From Candidatus Bathyarchaeota archaeon (GTDB lineage: Archaea; Thermoproteota; Bathyarchaeia; Bathyarchaeales; Bathycorpusculaceae): DNA of 64,000 nt. Below, piece after piece: positions 60,251 to 64,000 of the stretch; the first letter of the stretch is position 1; each line of letters begins with the position of its first letter. Both the position numbers and the translations under genes were made by a program. The DNA lies in the NCBI GenBank assembly GCA_963827165.1, contig CAWGZR010000005.1, positions 256,001 to 320,000 of the forward strand, read 5' to 3'. Below the pieces are notes generated by a model that saw nothing but the letters and a program-made list of their open reading frames with translations, had not been told where the DNA came from and did not search any database.

Positions 60251-61703
60251 CGATATTTTACCGTTTGTGCTGTTGGGTTGGTAATCTACTACAAACTCGC
60301 GCAGTCGCTTCTATTTTATCCGCTTCTAAAAAGATTACTCATGGGTTTTGCCTTTAACTTTTATGAATGCAGGTAGTCCTTTTCCTGCGATGTTGAGGCT
60401 GTTTAACGTTTTTCGTATGCATTGGCTGCTCCATCTAAAGTGTTCCTCTATGGTTTTAGTGGTTAGTGGTTTGGTTTCAAGTGCTTCTGTTCCTTGTTCT
60501 TCATCTATTTCGGCGCTATCCAGAAAATAGTATTTTCCCGGTTGCCATTGTGAAAATAAGCCAGCGTCTGTTTTTCCCATAGGTAATTGATAATTAGACC
60601 ATCCATGCTGCCTGCTTTTTCTTCTATTTTAGCGCGTTGGATTGCTTTTGCTGTGTCAGTGATTGAGGTTTTGAGTGTGGGTTCATATTTTGATAGTGCT
60701 AACAAAGGTAGTAGGCTTGCTATTAGTCTGTGGTCGATTAAATCTTCTATCCAGCTTTCTTTGTTTATTACAACCTGTTGATAATAGGTCATGCGAAGGT
60801 ATAGCAGCTTATTCTGTAGAGCTAAGCCTTCCTTGATCATGCTGTCTGTTTCGAGTACTGGAATTTTCTTGTCACTGACTTCGCTGTAGTAGGGGATTGA
60901 TCTGCTTTCTGTTGCGTTGTCGTCAAAGGCTTTTCTTTGGGTTAGTATTGTTAAGCCGAAATTTGCAAATGTATCCGTCTGATTTGCGTTTGTCGGGTTT
61001 TGTCTGCTTAAGGGTGTCCCAGTCGCTCTACAATTTAGGAAATGTACAAGTTCGCTTTGTTCGTTGGTGTTGGCGAAGTCTGCTTCATCGAGAATTAGAG
61101 TTCCTTGCCATAGATCCAGTGGTCTGTAGAGGCTGGGTATTTTGTTTGTTGACATTTCAAAGTAGGGGCGGTAGCATAGCAATCTAAGAACGAATGCTAA
61201 TCTGTTTTTTCCGCTTTGGCTTGGTCCACGAATTGGTATGAGGGGTGCAAATTTTCCGCTGCCTGCTATATCAAATGTTTGGTCAGAAACAAAACGGTCT
61301 ATCCACCATGAACCAACAGAAATCTAGCTAACAGTTTAACTAAAGCATCTGTCCTCGGGGGTCATAGCTTTCTAAGGCGAATTTGTCGATTTCCCCCAAA
61401 TATTCCCTGAAAACTGGTCTCAGTGTATCCGCTTGGAACTATGACTAAGCCTTTTTTGAGTGAGTCGTTGAATACTGGGGTGTAGATTATGTTTTGTCCT
61501 TTGCTGTTGACTTCGCCCAATGAGATTTGTTGTTGTTCATCAAAGGTTTTGGTTGCAAAATTGTATCTTAGGTATTTAGGCGGGTTTTTTCTATCCCAGA
61601 TTTCTTCTGCTATAAACTCGTTTGTTATTACGGTCGGCTTTTGGATGTAGTGGTCTTTTTCTTGTGCTTGCTGCTCGATTTTACTTATTCTAGCGTTCAT
61701 CAT
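60180..61703 (-). pseudogene. Primase-associated P-loop ATPase/helicase, frameshifted (approximate 3' limit)
   Basis: Walker A GPSQSGKN (61204-61227), Walker B TLILDEAD, ATESRSI; spans ORFs 61362-61703, 60505-61182 and 60335-60580. Confidence 0.7.
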
Positions 61704-62717
61704 TGTTTTCTGGCTCCAGCGTTTATCGCTTCGATGACTTCCATTATTCCTGAACTGCCTTTGAGATTTCCAATGTTGGCACGGTTGTTGAATTGGTAGT
61801 CTACCGTTGAGATAAATTCCGCTGTTTCAAGGCTTGGCGTGTTGGTTCTTTTGCAGAGTTCTTCGATGATTTCTCTTGCTGACTGATGGGCTATGCCTTC
61901 TTTTATGCACATACCGCAGAAGCTCATGGTTAAATCGTTTCTGTAGCCTTCCTTCCAATATTTAGTGAGCGTATTTACTGTGTTTTCTTGGTCTTGGCTG
62001 CTTAGTTTTTTGAATGTTTTTGGTGTTTCAAAGGCTAATTGAACGCTCTTTTTGGTTTCCATGTTTTCGAGTTTTTGCGTTTCGGCTTCGCTGAAGCTTA
62101 AGCCATGTTTGTTTTCGAGTTCTTCGATGGGTAAGGGTTCGAATGTGTCGAGGTGAGCATTCGGCTCCATTTGCTTTCCACTTGATGCTTTCCAAAGGGT
62201 AGTTTAACAAAGTTTCCATAGGGTGTTTGCGGAGTTAGCGAGTCTTGTTTGGGAAATACTTCGATTTGTTTTGGGTTAAGATTTGCCATCTCTAATATGC
62301 GCAGCCCCAGCCAGCGTGCTGCTTTTGCCTGTACCGGAATGAGGAATAATAGCCAAATATGGTATGAGGGGTTGGATAACGAGACGCTTCAAGGATTATG
62401 CAGTTAGGCCATATTCTGGGTGTTTGATTGCCTTCTTTGTCAGTGGTCTTGTGCAGGAGGATGCTTAGGATTTGTTGCGCAGTAGTTTTTGGGTCAGATA
62501 GTTTTTCGGGGTCTAAGTCAAGGCAGAGCCATTTCACAAGGTTATTGAGGTCTAGTTGATAGCTGCCCACCGTGGTCTTTCCGTCTAAATGCTGCCGTAA
62601 TATTTCGTTGGTTAATATTTGGGGTAGTTTGCTGTAGCCTTGCTTTAGTTGTACGCAGTAGCAGTCTGTGCGGTTAACAAACAAGTCTTTGAGGATAGTT
62701 AAGATATCGGTGGTCAT
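61700..62717 (-). pseudogene. Archaeo-eukaryotic primase (TOTE-type AEP) with PriCT-like C-terminus, frameshifted
   Basis: LFVNRTDCY, HLDG..VGSY, WLCLDLD, IEVFPKQ, YGNFVKLPFG, EGYRND, found in three frames. Confidence 0.75.
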
Positions 62718-62810
62718 TTGAGTAAACCATCCGGTCTGTTTTTACAAGTCATACATTTTGCAGGGCACATATTGTTGGCATTGGCTTCGTCGGTCCTATG
62801 TTTGGATGGT

Positions 62811-63017
62811 TTATTCGTCTGTTTTCACCTCTCTAACAATCTTTAGGTAGGCAAAATCTTCGTGTTGGTAGATTAAATGTGCGTTTGTTTGTTCAAGAAT
62901 GAAACGTTTGATTCGTTCATTCTCTGAAGGGGTTGTTTTATACACGTTTCCAAAATAACGTAGCGGCTCTATTGGGTTGAGTTTAGGTTTAGATTCTATA
63001 TCTGATTTTTCTATCAT
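62811..63017 (-). CDS. Small hypothetical protein of the element
   Basis: 68 aa, co-oriented and upstream of the primase. Confidence 0.45.
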   Translation of the reverse strand: MIEKSDIESKPKLNPIEPLRYFGNVYKTTPSENERIKRFILEQTNAHLIYQHEDFAYLKIVREVKTDE

Positions 63018-63781
63018 ATCTGTTTATCCTGAGCTTTTTTGGGCTCAGGAGATTCGGTTTTTAATATGGAGAAAGGGGAACTACTCCTTCATCCATTGTC
63101 GAATTGACCTATCTTTTAAAACAGGTTTGAAAAATGGTGGCCAAGGTCTCTCTCGCCAAAAATTAATTTGATCACAATCTGATTTCCTGCAGCATACGGT
63201 CACACCTTTGGAACATTATCGACCTTATATCAGTTTTTTACGTGCGTGTATTGGACATTGCCACCGCCTTACTTTTCTTTCCCAGACAAAGTTTTGGGCA
63301 AGGATTGAGGTGCAGTCGTCTAATTGTTTTCTAGTTAGCTGCTGTTTTCCCTTTTTGCACCCTTATGCAAGAATAATAAGCCTGCATCAGTAGCTGTGTA
63401 TAGCGATTTTATCCCTTGCTTTTGCATTGAAATGTAATGTTTGTTTGTAACTGCTTCAAAACTTTAGTTAACGTTTTTCGGACTCAACCGAGTTTTCTTC
63501 TTTTTTAGTTCGTTGAACCATACCCATGGGTTATCTTTTAAAACCCCTAAAACTTTAAGCTCATTACGGAATGCCCAACGTCAACCGATTTACATCCTTC
63601 GGCAGGTGTCCCACAAAATTCCGCTACCGCTTAATTTTGTGAATATAGTAATACTCATGAAAACAAGTGATTGTTTTAGGCTGGTCGTGAGGTTGTTTGG
63701 CGGCTTTACCCAGTTCTGGAATATTAGAACGGATTTTTCAGGCAGTTCAGTTCTTACATTTACTGGCCAGTCTAGCTTTAA

Positions 63782-64000
63782 CTACTGTATGCTTAATCTT
63801 TTCCAAAGCAGCTTCTGGGCCAGTTCATCGAAACCTGGTGGGTAGATTTGAGTTTTGAATATCCATGAGAAACCGCCCCTTTGGCGGATAAGTTCAGTGT
63901 AGGGTTTTAGCCATCTAACGGCAAAAATAGGTTTGAGCCCCAAAAAGTTACACATATCAAGCTTAACATCTAATTCTTCTTGTTCAATAATCATAGGTAG
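63782..64000 (-). CDS. C-terminal part of a hypothetical protein, possibly a PD-(D/E)XK nuclease (partial at window edge)
   Basis: KLDMCNFLGLKPIFAVRW; frame stays protein-like after the TAG (LKLDWPVNVRTELPEKS). Confidence 0.4.
   Translation of the reverse strand, partial: LPMIIEQEELDVKLDMCNFLGLKPIFAVRWLKPYTELIRQRGGFSWIFKTQIYPPGFDELAQKLLWKRLSIQ

Larger units (their letters stand above)
58814..64000. mobile_element. Integrated plasmid- or provirus-like element at tRNA-Leu(TAG); far end not in the window
   Basis: Integrase ends 53 bp from the tRNA 3' end and is preceded by primase and helicase-like genes on the same strand. Confidence 0.75.

Noticed and set aside
63650-63800. In-frame TAG followed by protein-like sequence, suggesting amber or pyrrolysine recoding (also a TAG in the KGG relic)
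   Set aside because: TAG ends apparently full-length genes here (e.g. pmbA at 33282, hydrolase at 19372), the region is error-rich, and the KGG relic also has a TAA

Overview
Archaeal chromosomal fragment. Gene content and style suggest Bathyarchaeia (inference, not tested). 0-9.4 kb is an oxidative/desiccation-stress neighbourhood: glutaredoxin end, ferredoxin:disulfide reductase, Nth, peroxiredoxin, HtrA, ferritin-like protein, flavodoxin, DUF2795 and a tandem array of KGG/GsiB/Em-type hydrophilin genes. 9.6-19.7 kb holds a radical SAM enzyme, a beta-propeller/GT-C fusion, a 1226-aa surface protein and tRNA-Arg(CCG). 20-47 kb is mostly housekeeping: alpha-glucan genes (GT4, GH57), bacterial-type gap plus pgk, hypA with an Mrp-type ATPase, tldD/pmbA, EndoQ, cyclophilin, two DUF72 genes, R15P isomerase and a GT2/PMT/GT-C glycosylation operon. 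47-64 kb is accessory. It contains a 3.8-kb element integrated in tRNA-Thr(GGT), with a 49-bp direct repeat and an SSV1-style split integrase. Its cargo genes are separated by copies of a non-coding repeat with inverted ends, and a relic of a related element lies next to it. After tRNA-Leu(TAG) a second element begins, with a Zn-ribbon tyrosine integrase, an inverted iteron-like array, a helicase-like ATPase and an AEP primase. Many genes carry small indels that may be long-read errors. All family assignments come from motif recognition by eye, with no database search.
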